A stretch of 64,000 nucleotides of DNA from Trichoplax sp. H2 (lineage: Eukaryota): positions 620,001-684,000 of the forward strand of contig NOWV01000023.1 of assembly GCA_003344405.1 (NCBI GenBank), read 5' to 3'. Within the stretch, counting starts at the first letter, position 1. Each line of letters begins with the position of its first letter. The notes below the pieces were generated by a model. It was not told where the DNA came from and searched no databases. It saw only the letters and a program-made list of their open reading frames with translations. Made by a program: the position numbers and the translations under genes. Shown here piece by piece: positions 12,968-27,576 of this stretch.

Positions 12968-14571
12968 CTAGTTAATGGTCTAAAGCACATCATGATTTCT
13001 AATGTACTGTACGGTGATGGACATGCCAAGTTAAGATTAGCAGGTACTGTAAGATATCTACAGTGCGGTACAATGTCCTTAGTAATGTGGTCAATTCTAT
13101 ACCAATCATTATAATGTGTCCAAGGATTGCTTGCGTATGCAAGCAAAGTTGCTCTGTCGATAACAACCGTTATAAGAAAATGCAATAATCAAAATGGCTG
13201 AGTAGAAAACTCTATAAAGATTCTATGTTTATTCAATTTTCATCAGAGTATTACATCAAATCAAAATTGAAAGGCCCAGTGACCACACTTAGCGATATAA
13301 CGAATACTATTTCAAAAATCAATACTCTGTAGAAATTACTACCTTAGAGCTATTCGTTTTACATGAAGAAATCTTGAGGTAAAAAGTACTGTAAGAATCT
13401 TATACTGACCTATTGAAATGAACCCATAATCAGAGTAATCTAACAGTAGTATAAATACCCCCCGCGCTGCTATTCGAGGGATGATGGGTGGCATTTTGAA
13501 ATAAAGACTAATAAATTTTTGATATCTGAATAAGTAAAATCAATACTGCACGAGAGAATAATTTATTGATATTTATGTACTCATAATATTTCAGTATGTT
13601 AAATATTAAGAAGTACTATCGATAGGCAAGATCTTAAAATTAACTAGCATTTCTGTATATGGCATTCCATTCTCAAAATGATGTCGTAGGCAAAAAAGCT
13701 ACTCTGTCTATTACAATAATAAATTAGATGCCAATATAATGGCAACATCGATTATCGGTATAGCTATAAAATTAATCGATTAAAGATTATAAGATCCAGT
13801 ATTTAAATAGTGATTCTGCTTTTACATTCATCAACTGAAATATTTTATGAGATCATTAAAGTAAACAAGTTTTTAAAGACTTCCCTTTAACTTTTGCATA
13901 TATATGCTGTGGTTCTGACAGGAATTTTTGGCTTAAGTTCAAAGTGTATTAGATAAGGAAGTTTTCATTTTCAAGCGCTTCGGATTGCTGCCAATGTTCC
14001 GCACTAAATGAGATATATTTGAAGATATCAACAGAGATATACCTCTAAGCTTGGCTAGGTATCCAATATTAGGATATTTTATGGTTACCGCCATACTTCC
14101 TATTTAAATTAACTAAAGTCGATATGATACACTAAATATAAACGTTGTTACCTATAGAAAGGGGTTTAATTATTGTATATTAACTTTATAGATATTTATG
14201 CCAATCAACTCGACAGGCAATATTATTTCAATAGTTATGCTAATGATCTTTCTGAGATTTACGCTATTAAACTATTGCATTGGGTACAAATACAGTTTGT
14301 AAGTGAAATCATTTACGATAAAGCCACATTTATACTTAAACAATTTTCTGGTCTAGCAAATATCATCATTAAAGATCGAAAGAAAAAATATTTTTACATC
14401 GTGATTAAATCTAATAAATATCTCCTAAATTGCCACTCTACTAATCAAAGATCAATTTGTAATTTAATAATAAAAAGTTAGTAACGCTGCTGTTGCCACT
14501 TCAAGGTAATCATTAGTGCTAATTGGAAAGTATTATTATTATCATCCATAGCTGTGACATTATTCAAGGAC

Positions 14572-17500
14572 TTAGTTTTTCTTATCAGTAGTTTCCGATA
14601 TTAACGACGCTTTAATTAAACTTTGCTTAATACGTTCCTTGTCAGGTCGTCGTGACCTTACCCATTGCGCTTTAGCTTCAATATTATGCAATTTCTCTTG
14701 CAGAGTAATATAATGTTCACCACATGATATGCAAACAAGCTGGTCACGTTGGATATCATTAAAATATTTTATTATTTTGCCGTCTCCATCATATAACTTC
14801 CTTGCTGCTGAGGCTATGCTTAAGCGGCCAGTAGCATCGGTTAGTAGCTCATCTAGGGTGGATCCAAATATAAATGTTGTCTTTTTAGGATCGGTACCAT
14901 TCAGGTAAGCAGCTACTCTGATGGTTTTATGCTGTAAATATAATCGTCGGCTCATGGCTTCAGCTGATTTATTCACTTTATTAGCAGTAATAGCTGTAGT
15001 ACTTTGAAGTTGTGATGCCTTTTCTTGTTCTAGATGGGCTTGAAGTTTATTGATGTTTCTACTCAATCGTTTTTCTAATATCCGATTAGAACTGGCAGAT
15101 TTTTTATTGCTGCCGCTAACCGTCTGTACGCTAGATTCATCACCAGTTTGCATCTGTCCTCTAACTTGTCGTAGGCGATGTTTGGTTTGTTGCAATAATA
15201 GCTCTGCGTGGCTGATTTTATCTCGATTCTTTTTTACATTTTGTTGGTTGCTAATAACATCTAGAATAACAGAAAAATCGGGAGCAAAGTCTTAATACTA
15301 AACGAAATACTTGCCGTTTTAATCAATTTAACTTAATTACATCTACAGCTACTATATCGGAAGTAAATTATCATGTAGTGACTTTTGCTTTCTCGTAAGT
15401 AATAGAAAAAGGAACTGAGCAATATCTTCATCAGGGACTTCTCCTAGAAGTTCCAGTCTTAGTTTATAATCATTTCAATCGTGGCAGTAATTGCAGTAAT
15501 GTTAAATTATAGGAAAATTATCTGAATTAAAAATTTACATGCTATTTTTGAGAAAATTCTGAGCCTGATTTATATATTTTGTAAATACCTGCTGGATTAA
15601 TAAATGGTTCACCACAAGAAACCCAAACAGGAACTGGTCTTAACTTTAACTCTGCAAAATCGAAAACTTCTTCATCTTCTCCTTCAGTACTGGTCAAGAC
15701 TGAGCTTAGTATATCATTATTAGCATTAATTTCAGGTCTTTCTCTCTCTATAATACTATGCTCAGAATTTTCAATGTCATTCTCTCTACCATTTATAGAC
15801 TCAGCATTCCGTGACTGATTGTCATCGATAGATAAATCTTGCATGTTTTCATTTAGTTCGGGTGGATCGTCGTCATTAGGCTCAACATCTTGATTAGTTG
15901 TATCTTGAGCTAGCTGGCTGTTGCTATCTACTAGATTCCTGTTTTCGCTATTTTGTACTAATTGATCTCGTGATAGCTGATTATCACTGAATGCTTCAGC
16001 TTGATTGCAATTGCTGTCAAAGTTTGAGCTACCTTGATCAAACACATCTGCACCTTCTTCAGTTTGATTGGTTTCCTCAGACGCGTTTTCCATATTTGGA
16101 TCAGGATTGTCTTGAGATTGTTGTTCTTCACCGTTTTCGATTTCATGCCTATTTGCTATGAGATCCGGCTCTTGGTTATTTAATATATAAGTTTCATTTT
16201 CTCCATTAGTTTGTTGATTGCCTTCAACATTGTCTCCATCTTTTTCTAATGCCGCTTGCAATGTATTTATATTCTTCATCTCCATTTTAGTATTTGATTT
16301 TGCTACCTGGTCTATCTCATTTTCCTGATCAGATGCTGTTTGTTCTAAAGTTTTCTCTAAAAGGCCGTAAGTTAAAGGATCAACTTTATATTTTCATAGA
16401 TTGATTCCAAATCTAGTATTTAATTTACAAATAAAACTTTTGCTAATTACCGAGCCTATCTAGAGAAGCTTTAGAAAGAGATGCTTTTCGCTTCATTTCG
16501 CGATATAAATCATTCATATCAAGAATTAATTTCCCGCGACGACTATACAATCTTCTAGCACTTCTAGGCAGTCCCAACCTCGTTGTGCAAAGATCCAGTA
16601 GCTAAAAATATTTTAGAATTAAAGAGAACTTGCAATTATAACTATAACATAATAATAAGTCGAAAGTAATACTGCAAGATTAGCTATATGTTGTTGAGCA
16701 CTTCTAATATTAAAGAATAAATTAACTAGTGAATAGTGCTTACAGCACGAGCCTACCTCTGTGATGCTAGAGCCACTAATAACAGCAGCCTCATTCTTGT
16801 TAGCTCTACCATTTCTGTAAGCAAGTACTTTAACATGATGAACCTGTGGTGCTTGTTTAATATTTTGCGAAATAACCTTAACGTTCGTTGCTTGACGTAA
16901 ATCATTGACTTCACTTTCCCAATAGTTTTTAGTCTGAACAGCATTTTCAGTCGTTAAATCAACCTAGTTAAGAATGTAATGAAATTGTTTCAATATTAGC
17001 TAATTCTAATCCGTAAATAGTATAAATTTGACATCTACAAGATAATGCACATTGACGTGATGTATCATAGAGGAATATACCTTTCCATGTAAGCATTTTA
17101 AGGTTAGCGGCAACTTTAGAGTGTTATTTGTTGCTACAATTTATTGAAAAAAGTCGGCAGTTAATTATTGTTTGTTAGCAAATTTTTGATTCGTCTACCT
17201 CTATTTTTGCTGCTATCATTTTGCAATCCTCGAAATTAACGTATAAAATATACGACTATTTTAAACCTATCTGCAATTTAGACTATTACATCATAATATT
17301 TATTATCAATATCAATATTCCTTTTACCATTAGGTAACTATACTTTAATTAATAAAAATAATAATTGTATGAGCTAATACCGTAATTGATTGCATATGGT
17401 AGTAAAACGCAAATCTTGTGGACAAAAGCATTATGTAAATGTTGATTTATATCATTTGTTAATGGTTATATGAAGGGGTTCTTGTCGTCATTAAAGGATT

Positions 17501-20500
17501 GTTTGCAAGGATTTTACTGTAAACATTATAAAGTGCTAGACAGCATTATAACTATGTAAATATGATTGCTGAATTTTACCATCTCCCATCGCACAAGCGA
17601 ATGCCACTGGATGTTCTATACGCTTAAATTTTCTTCGACCTCTAGCTGCTTTACCGCAGGCATCGCATAAGAAAAGTTCTTGATTTCCCGTCAACGCAAT
17701 ATAAGTAAACCCCTACAATAATATTGTTCCGCATTATCTTCTAAGCTGAATTTTTTAAATTAATGGAATTTATGCAAGTACCGGCTGGACAATTTTGATG
17801 GGTCCCATAACCGCAAAAGTGCATAAGCTAGCATTAATTGCCGCTGTAATTTCTGTTTAGAAATCAATTTTCAATTGCACTTATTAGTTTTTATTGTTAA
17901 CCGTTATCTTGAAGGCAAATATTATGCTAAACTTCTTAAGGGCCTTATTGCATTATAATTAAAGCGTTGATCTTAAGCACCTTTATCAAAAATATCTGTC
18001 GAAAATGCTTCAATCATTTGTGTTATAGGATTATGATGCCATCGTTGATGCCCTTGTCCGTAATCAAATGATTTAACTTGTTGTATAGTAACGGTAGCTT
18101 TATCATATGTGGCAGATTTCGGCTGATATAGACTAGGCATGGTAACGGTTAAGCCCAATTTCATGTTAAATTTAGCTAGAATATAACTAGAATAGATCAT
18201 TGAAAGCGAATGAATAATATTATCAGGTTTATAATTAATATTAATAATAAGGAGTTGCAATCTATCTGTATTGTAATTTATTCGTGCAATCATTGCATGA
18301 TTTCGGAAAGTATCAGTTAGAGAATCTAATTTTATATCTATCCTAATAAAGCTGAGGTATACTGATATTTGCGAATACTAAAAACTGTAATTTAAGTCAA
18401 ATACAGTCCTTCATTATTTAAATTTAAGAAACTAAAATTCTAATAATTTTGTTTGTATTGTATTTGAAGTTGTGATATTAACTTACCCATCTTCTGTTAT
18501 GATCCATCTTTGTGTGATATCGGTTACATCCTTTTTCTTTAGGATGATGCTGGCATTGGGTATTAACTAAATCAATTCAGTTAAATACAGAATTAATTGC
18601 TTCATAATGGAATTCTATTCGTAACCGTACTGATATTATAAATAAGGTCGATTGGAATGATTACTTGTAAGTGGAAAGTCTCGTTATATTTTTAAACTGT
18701 AGTATTGTACCTCTCCATCTGCAGCTAACACAATATTAGGATTAGATTTACAACAGATGAAATTTTGCTTTGTAAATAACCACTGCTGGGCAATATATGC
18801 TTTCTCAATCTTTTTATATGTGTCTTCAGATGATCTAGAAGAAAATGATTGACATCGAGTAAAAACAGCGTTGAAAATATCTTCTGTATATGATGATACT
18901 ATAACGTCATTAAGATAGAGAGTATCCTAGTAGAAGATCATATATTTCTGTAATTTACTTCATGTTGATAATCTGCCGCATGACTTCCATTTTAGAATCA
19001 TGATTTGCTACCGCTTCATCATCAGTTAGTAATGGATGTGAATTTAATTGCCATGGCTTTTTCAATTTCTCTAATCGTTCATCAGCGCGTGCATGGGACA
19101 TTTGGTGGTAACTTTCATAATCCTCATCGTCTAAATCATCTTCAGCCATAATTCCATGATAGATTTTAGTCAATCGATCCCTTTCCTTGGCAGTGATAGC
19201 GCTCTTACCGATACGAATACTGGATTGAGTAGTGATTAACTCAGATGCAGAAGGTTTAATCACATCCAAAACAAAATCTAAAATAGAAAAATCGATTGAT
19301 AGCTCTTAATTAGGTTATAGTATAAATAATATTTCAACTTAGAATTTATGAGACCTCATATGTAGAGAGAGATGTGAAGAAAATTTTTTGTAACAATGAC
19401 TACCTAGATATTTACTGCCTGCTTACCTGCTGGATGACGTAAACTGCAAAAATATTTCAGCTTGTCGACGTCATGCATTAATATGGTTAACAATTCTTTC
19501 TTTTTCGTTTCCATTTTAATTGACTTAGGATCAACCCAATTCTCACCACAAGATATATATAATATCGTTTCGTCCGCCTCAATGGCATCAAGGTTCAATA
19601 ATTCTTTACCTTGGATGTCGAAAACTCGTCGAGCAGCAAATGGTAATTCTAATTTACTAGTGCACTTCTCTAAAAACTAATCCGATGACAGAAAATTAGC
19701 AGTTAATCTAGCACTCTGGCCGATAAATGAAATTGTAATTTATGGTTGTGTCTGTCTGATTTGTATGATACTTCAAACTAAAATGAATATGAACGATTAC
19801 AGTATTTTTAGACTGACTAATTTTTCCAAACTAAGCATTTACGTTAAATCTCATTTTTATTCTGACGGTAATAGGGATAGTGTTTACCCAGTTAATGTTT
19901 CACGTTTACTTCAATGATTATTAAATGAATTGATATAACTTACAGTTTGCATTTCGGCATCGAACTCTGTTTCTTCAGTAGGTGAATTAAATGAATTTCT
20001 AATCGAACATCAGTTACATGGTTGTATTTACTTTTTCGTATATGAAGCAGTAAGAGATTTCTCACACATTATGATTTTACATTACAAATAAAAGCTTACT
20101 TGGAATTAGAATTGCCTTGTACTTTTGGAGAAGTCTTTATATAATATGCAATGTAAGATAATAAATGACAGCTGAGAACTACCACACGATATCTACTAAT
20201 AGCTTCATAGTCGTTAGTAGTACTGTACATCTAGTATTAAACCGTACAATTTCTAGCATTATACTCTAATTTACCCATGACTTCTTCGGAATCACGATGG
20301 TCGCAGAAATCTCGTTAAAATTACCGCCATTTCGATATACTTTTATACTTCTACATGCTATCACAAGTAAATAATAAGAGTGCTGTTTACTATCTGTAAA
20401 TGCGAATATACCTTGACATAGGGTGATTTTCGAACAAGCCAAGGAAAGAATGAACTTTTTTATAGCATACTCAAAAATCTCGAGTATGATTATGTACTAA

Positions 20501-23500
20501 CCTATGCTAGTTTTATTAATATCGCCGGACTTAGCTTTCAATGAAGGAGCAAAGGGCATTATAAACCCTTCCATGGGCCAGGTGAATGTCTAAGGATTAT
20601 TCAGGCGTAAAATAATTTTAAAGGAAGCTTATCACAACATGAGTAGCTTTTAATTAACATTATGGATTTATTGAAGCCTGTAGCAGCATTTTAACCTCAT
20701 TAAATTGACCATCCGCATTGGAAGGCCATGATAAACTTCTTTTGCTCCATTCGGGGTTTTCGACAACGGAATATTTAAACTGTCCGATAGAGTGGAAACC
20801 TTCCTGTTTAATACCCCACCTAAAATACGGTTGGAATAACTTAAAATTAATCATGCTAGTTCTCCTATTTAGGAATAAGGATTATTCAAAAGTATATATT
20901 GATGTTATTAATACAGGGATGTTAAGGAGTAAAACTTTTTTATTTTATCATGGTAATATGCGATACTGTAATCATTTCATTTCTCTTTAAGGCAATCTCA
21001 GATATGCAATACCTTTGGCGTGATAAATTTCGGCTAAGCCTTGGAATCAATGTAAGCGTAAATTGAAGATTGCCTAGAATCAAAATATTTAGTCGTGTAT
21101 GAGCTTAGAGGATTCTATTCTGATGAATTCATTCACAAGTAAATGCGCTTTATGAATCAATCCATGAAATGCAAACTGAACGTTCAATTTACCTTGACGA
21201 GATGAAAGTACTGTACAGTCATTTGTTAGTGTTAACTGTAGTTCTGGCTCATTCTAGAATATTTCAATGAAAATTTAATTTCAAAGTTAATTTCAGGATA
21301 GAAAATTAAACAGTTTGTTTCCAAAGGGTCAACAAATAAAAAGAATTAAAGATATCTTCCATTTATGCTCTATTCATATTACCTTAATATAAACATTGCC
21401 GTCCCCACTCCAACACCATATTTGATTTGGATCTTTAGATTTACTGTAAATATAGCATAAGCTCTAATTTAAAAATGAGCATCGACTTTGGATGTCTGAA
21501 AGACTGTCGAAATGTATTAGACGATGAAAGGAAAAAAATTATCAATAGTCGCTATGATTTTATGGTTCACAGTGTCTAGATTTTTTGCTGAAATAGGTAA
21601 TAACTTTGATTGGACATTTATGTTACTTTATGATTTTTTAAACTTAATCTTAATTCCTTTCACTGAAGCTATTAAAAGTGACAATATTTAATTCAAGGCT
21701 AACTATCATCTAAGTTATATTATAATTTGGATGGTAATATATTTTCGCAGGATATTGAATTAGAATATGATAGCATGTGAAATTATTGGCTAGCTTTCTT
21801 TATATAGCGCTATCGTTAACGTTTTTAAAATGGAGATTTTAAACATTAATAATTTCGGGTGATATTTTAGGAAGATACCTTAACTAGCTTACTATAAATT
21901 CACGAATATATTACAGAAATAGAGCACGCACTTGTTACAATAATAAGTTAGAATATAATACTATACGAAATTAATTACAAACTAGCTCTCTTAACTATCG
22001 TTGTCATTAGCGTTTTTAAAATGGAAACTTGAAACATTATTAATTTCGTGGCGATATTCGTACTAAGATGCTTTAATGAGCTTGCTATAAATTTATTAAT
22101 ATATGAAAGAAATAGAGCATGCAGTTATTACGATGTTAAATTATAATGTGATACCATATGGAACTAATTACAAATCAGCTTTCTTCATGCAGTGTTATCG
22201 TTAACATTTTTAAAACGAAGATTTGAAACATTCTTAGTTTGGTGACAATAATGGTAGCAAGATAGCTTAACTAACTTACTATAGCTTCACTCATATGTAA
22301 CAGAAATAGAGTATGAACCTATTGCGATATTAAATTAGAATATGATACTGAATGAAATCAATTACAAATTAGCTTTCTTTATGTAGCATTATCGTTGATG
22401 GTTTTAAAATGGAAATGCAAATCATCATTAATTCCTTAACGTTAACAGTAGTAAGATACCTTGCGAGCTTACTATAATTTTATTAATATACAACAGATAT
22501 AGAGTATCTACCAGCTTAAATACTTACTATTTGCGCAGGGCTACCTCATAGCCACTATACGTTTCAGCTTGATTTGGAATCTCCAAAGTAATCAGATGAT
22601 CTAATTTAGTTAGAGCCAAGCTTGTTAGCGATTTACAGCAAATGTGGCCGTCCTATACAAGTAGACCAGAGGAAATCTAGTTAGTTAACTAAAATGGTTT
22701 TTAAAACTTTTCTCGAATATTTGTCATTACTTGATGGATGATCCATTGCTGAGCCATAGGAGGCCAAAGCTCTTTATGATCTAACCTGTATTTCTTATCA
22801 TAGGAAATATCTGGGTATAAAATCATGTTTTTGCTAACCTATTCAAACAAAACAGAACAAGAAGCCGCATATAATTACCCTTAGTGCAAATCTGTATTTC
22901 AAGGCTGAGGAAATTCAATTTTTCAAATTACTGCTTATAGTGAACATTTATAACTGAAAGCATTTCGATCGTGATTTACCTTGGAACGCAAATAATGCGA
23001 ATTTCTATCAATTTCTTTTGGTTGGCCACCAATATCGCCCATTGCTGTTGGTAATTCTCTGGAAGAGAGCTCAGTCAGAACTTCCCATTGACTTCCACTA
23101 TAGTATTCAGAGATGTTAATAATCGCTTAATTTCATTTATCAATGAATTTGCCAGCTTTATACGTCAATCGGTTGCGTATTTATTGCTATCTTATTTTTT
23201 GCTATAAAATATTTTTAGCTTTGCAAAGCGTACCCTTGCCAATCTATTTCATCAAAGGTTCCTAATTCTTCAGCACCAATAAATTGCATTCCGTCGGGAG
23301 TGCATCCTTGAACAACTTTGTTTAAGACGAACTGAAGTGTTCGGGCTGAAAATAATATACGATAGGAAAGGTAATATTTAGAAAATAATTTCTTTCGAAC
23401 TTTAGCTCCGCTTTATCTATTACGAGGTTTGATATCGCTATATTTTGCCTGTTTTTGAACTTTTTATTTACCCGATTACAATACTACGTACTGTTTAAAG

Positions 23501-26500
23501 GTATGAAATCTTCACCATAAGAAATCCATACATCCTGATCGTATTCTAAATCCAAAACCGATTTTATCTGAAAATAATGATAATTAATGTACAAGTCAAA
23601 TTCATGTTTTCATAATTATTCATAATTATCGTACTACTTCTGATATTTATATTCAATATACTTGAGCAACTCATTTCATTCCTATCGTCTAAATTTGATG
23701 TGAAACATTTATCTACTTACTTCGTCTCCTTGGCGTGTAAATAACCTTTGTGGAACAAGTGAAAAGCCGCTGATGGTATTCTTACCAACCTTCTGGAAAT
23801 ATTCATTGCAGCGATCGAGTAACTTTATAAAAAAATTGCGATATATTGCATTACTTTGACTCTCCATATCTCATCCATAACTCGTATTAATGGAATTACT
23901 GATTTGAATTAATAAAGCATCATAGTACTACCGATATCGAACATACGATTTTTATTACTAGTAATAAGGGATTGGGAAATAAATGTAGGCGAAATAGGAT
24001 AATTTGGGCGTTAGGGTGATTACATAAGGCGATTACTAGCATCATACCTTTTCTATAACAACTCTATCATTACTTGCGCCAAAGCCTGACTGTCTAACGT
24101 TAAAATGGATAACCTTAAAATCTACATCATCGCCATTTATGTGAACCTATTTCCAAGAAAAGTTCAGAGTCGCATCAAAAGCTGCTTAAATAAACATCAA
24201 ATCAAATAATCCTGCTATATATCGTGGGGCATATTAAATGAATAGTAAAAAATCGTATAAATATCCAACCATTAATGATTAGTACCTTCAGGCGTAAACC
24301 TTTAGCCCCTAATAAGCGATCTGATGTTTCCATAACCGGAATATGTTGCAATTTATAGGTCGCTTCATTGGCCTGCTTCGGATTGATGCGATTAAATATT
24401 GACGAAATTAGCCCATTATGGATTAAAAAGATTATACCTTTTCTTCTTCATATAAATTAGAAATGCTTTCTAAGTCTGCTTGTAACGTTGCTATACCCTT
24501 TTTGACTTTATCCTTTAACTGTTCATTCTAATTTTTCAAAGAAATAACATTGTAATTGCGTTGTAACTATCACCAATACTGCACAAATGTCTGTGAGTAA
24601 TCGATAATTAAATAGAATTTTAAATAACGCTAGTTTGAAAGAACGAATATTTTAAGGATCGTTAATAACTTGCTATCTGTCTCTTTTAAATTTTTAAGGC
24701 ACCCATTTGCTTTGATTATGTATTATTGTTAATACAGGAGAGATACTGTTGACGTACCTTTACGTTTTCAAAGTTAGCCTGCTCTATAGTATATTCGGCT
24801 ATCGTCAATCCTAACTCACCGTGATTGGTATTACCTTGCAATCTTTGATCAAGCTATCCATTTATTATAGAGTTACGAGAGTAGTAACGATAATAGTAAT
24901 AAGTTATGACCATTAACCTGAAATAGACATCTATTCGTATGCTGCAAATAATGATTACCTTTTTCCCGTATTTTTTAACTTCATTTAATCGAAGCGTTAA
25001 AGCATGAATTGCATTTCGAATATATTCTTAATAAATACCGATGTGGAAATAATGTTACGTCGTAGTTAGTTTCAATAGGTTTCTACAAATACCCCCTACT
25101 TAACTTAAATTTAATATTTACCATAAGCACCCTTTGGGCTAAAATGTTCTGCACCTCTGGTAACCCACAGAGGGCCAAAGACTTTGCTTTGGCTTTTGAT
25201 TTGAAGGCAATCTATTAAAGCTGGCACTAGTAGACAAATTAATCGCGTTACTTTGAAGCTTACTCAGAAATTGTTAGCATTGGATGATATGATTTAAAAT
25301 TATTGCAAAAATATAAAGGCACCTGTCGAAAGATCTATTATTTGCTCGCCTTTCCAATTATATACCGCAGTGCAATGAGATTCCAGCTTAAATTTTTGAG
25401 TGCATAATTCCATTAACTAACAGACAAATTGAAATGTAGAACATAAAATCAACATTAAAGTTGATGTCGATTCGCTAGTAATATTTTAGCTGAAAGTTTG
25501 GTAAAATTTAAGAATATTCATGAAGCACGAAATTATGCGTAACATTGTAAATATTTACTCCACAAATACTAGGAGATCCAGGAATAATATGGTAGGCATG
25601 CAAGTACTATTTTATCTATTGACCCTTAAATTCCATAATTTATGTCCGGCTATCTCTTGGTATTTACGATCGAAAATTTAAGGTACTAGTAGCCTCTAAA
25701 TAAAGGAATCTTGCTTTGCGTAAATTTACATCACGAAAAGAAGTATCGTATATGACTAGGGGAACATTTCCTTTAAAATGTGGACAAGATGTAGCCTACC
25801 TCATCTACATCTCTACTGACGAGATAAATATTGCTAGTCCATTCTTGATTGCGAAAGACCATGTATCGGTTATTCTTCGCTACAAGCATTGATCTATAAA
25901 TTATGTTCAAATAAATATGTTATTTAAATATTGTATTAAATAGCAAATTCTTTCATTTAATTTAAAGTTTATCATTAATTGTATAATTAATCAGTGAAAT
26001 CATTTGATATGATATCACTACTTACTTTAATCTATCAGACATTATAGCTGTCTTTGTCTTTCCTCTTTTCTTATCTTGCGGTAAGACAAGCCCAGTTAAT
26101 GTCCATTTAGTATTTTGCATTGCTGCTGAGTTATCTAAATGATCAAAATTAAATTTTAGAAGCAATTTCAGGGATTTGCTAAAATTTTCGGTTATTTATT
26201 ATTTTGCACATTCTGACCGCAAGAGAATTTTAATCAGAACTGTGCTATTCTTCTTGCAGGTTTGTTGATATACCTTCTAAGTTCATGTCAGGATTTTTAA
26301 ATGCTTCGCCGCACGATACATACACATCACAATTAATATAAATTTTTATTTCTTTGGTGACAAGCGTGCCATCGGCTAGAAATAATTTTCTGGCCGCAGA
26401 CGGTAGGTTCATCTTTCTTGTACATTCATCTAAGATCTACAACGCGTTATATTGTAAGCTTCTAGCCTTTTCCGATTATATGAAATAGACCAAATTGTAG

Positions 26501-27576
26501 CTAATACACAGCATCTAATTATTCCTAGAATAAAACTGCAAACCTCTTCGATACTGCTTGCCACAACGTAAAAATAATCATGATTTTGACCATTTCTGAA
26601 AGCCCGGACTCTTAATCTTTCTTGTTGCATTCGTTTTAGAAATTTTTTATTGCCAGGATAAATTTTTGTCGTTTGTGAAGGAATCTCAGATCTATATGCA
26701 CTAATTTAATTGTAATAATTGTGCAATACTATGTTAATTAGTGACTACAAGATAATAGCTAGATTAAAATAATGAAATTTATGAGTACTACGATAAACTA
26801 TTCGAGTCTATACATAGCTTCCAAAGTGTGCTAACGATACACTGTACTTCTGAAACTAGCAGAATTAAGAATTTCTATAACGTAATTCTCAGCTTTTGTA
26901 TCGTTGCTATCACAAGTAAACATTAGTTTTTGTAAATAGTTACCGTCTCTTTCCATTAACCGTCGGAGATGAATGACGTCTGGAGGACCCTTTACTACTC
27001 GATGGGGATGCTGCTTGTTCAAAGGGAGATGGTGAGGTATCTTTTGATCTCGTTAATGACTGCCGTTTTCGTCGATATATTTTTCGCAGTTGAGCTTCAT
27101 CAACAAAATAATCAGGGGCTTTTTCATGGCTTCTATTAAAATTGGTAAACAAAATTAAAAGATTTGCTTTCACGTAATCGTTTGGCTAATGTCTACATTT
27201 GTCGATAAAAAAGCAGACTGCTAGCACGTTTAATTATAAGACCATTTTTACTGCATAGATGGCAACCAGTGAAAAATAAAACTAAAATTTTATATCGAAG
27301 TGCAATTTTCTGTGGCAATGGTAATACGTTTATTTCCGAACAAAAACGACTCACTACTAAGAAAAAATTTAAATATTTTCGTTAAATAAAAGAGATATTG
27401 ATCACTCAATATCGGATGTTGCACCGTTTCAATTGTAAAGGTGATGATTTCATCGATTTCCTTAATTCTTCGATATATTGCATCATGACGAGGTCTTCTA
27501 ATTTCATTTCGTAGCCCCTTTGGAAGGATGAATTTGCCATATTGGTAGATGCACCACTTCTCTGAGATCTTTTCAT
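14572..27576 (-). CDS. DCDC1: Doublecortin domain-containing protein 1-like (DCDC1/DCDC5 type; several DCX repeats plus QxW ricin-B-like segments), ~39 exons, ~1,930 aa
   Basis: Phase-compatible GT-AG exons (5'->3'): 27576-27425, 27132-26944, 26700-26544, 26436-26274, 26134-26026, 25893-25800, 25416-25323, 25226-25122, 25026-24959, 24853-24758, 24527-24438, 24372-24286, 24146-24048, 23822-23721, 23567-23492, 23345-23234, 23097-22980, 22838-22731, 22652-22528, 21443-21383, 21253-21193, 21073-21013, 20819-20696, 20589-20502, 20393(or 20357)-20275, 20134-20100, 19998-19944, 19676-19427, 19277-18959, 18834-18711, 18566-18487, 18186-17981, 17852-17782, 17712-17580, 17133-17081, 16963-16757, 16601-16451, 16356-15589, 15260-14572; total 5799 nt, divisible by 3. 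Repeated DCX motifs (VRAFRNG...LDECTRKMNLPSAARKLFLADG...VYVSCGEAF; FLEKCTSKLELPFAARRVFD...YISCGENW; SAARKLYDGDG...VCISCGEHY) and QQW/QIW/QRW motifs. Confidence 0.9.
21745..22506. repeat. Intronic tandem repeat, ~4 diverged units of ~190-195 bp, in the largest DCDC1 coding-region intron
   Basis: Recurring blocks TTAGAATATGATA, TTTTAAAATGGA, CTTACTATA and AGAAATAGAG; units start near 21762, 21950, 22143 and 22337. Confidence 0.88.

Noticed and set aside
17381..17535. Possible extra DCDC1 exon
   Set aside because: Both candidate acceptors hit in-frame stops; the 17133-17081 exon restores the frame.
5359..20990. ORF-track calls antisense to or overlapping real exons (5359-5574, 9965-10423, 10460-10645, 15050-15295, 15958-16146, 16753-16944, 19462-19680, 20718-20990)
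   Set aside because: Shadow or alternate-frame ORFs of hydrolase and DCDC1 exons.
21013..21443. Three consecutive DCDC1 exons each 61 nt long
   Set aside because: No sequence similarity and different phases; most likely coincidence rather than exon duplication.
21745..22506. CRISPR-like array interpretation of the periodic repeat
   Set aside because: Whole units are homologous with no unique spacers; eukaryotic intron and no cas genes.
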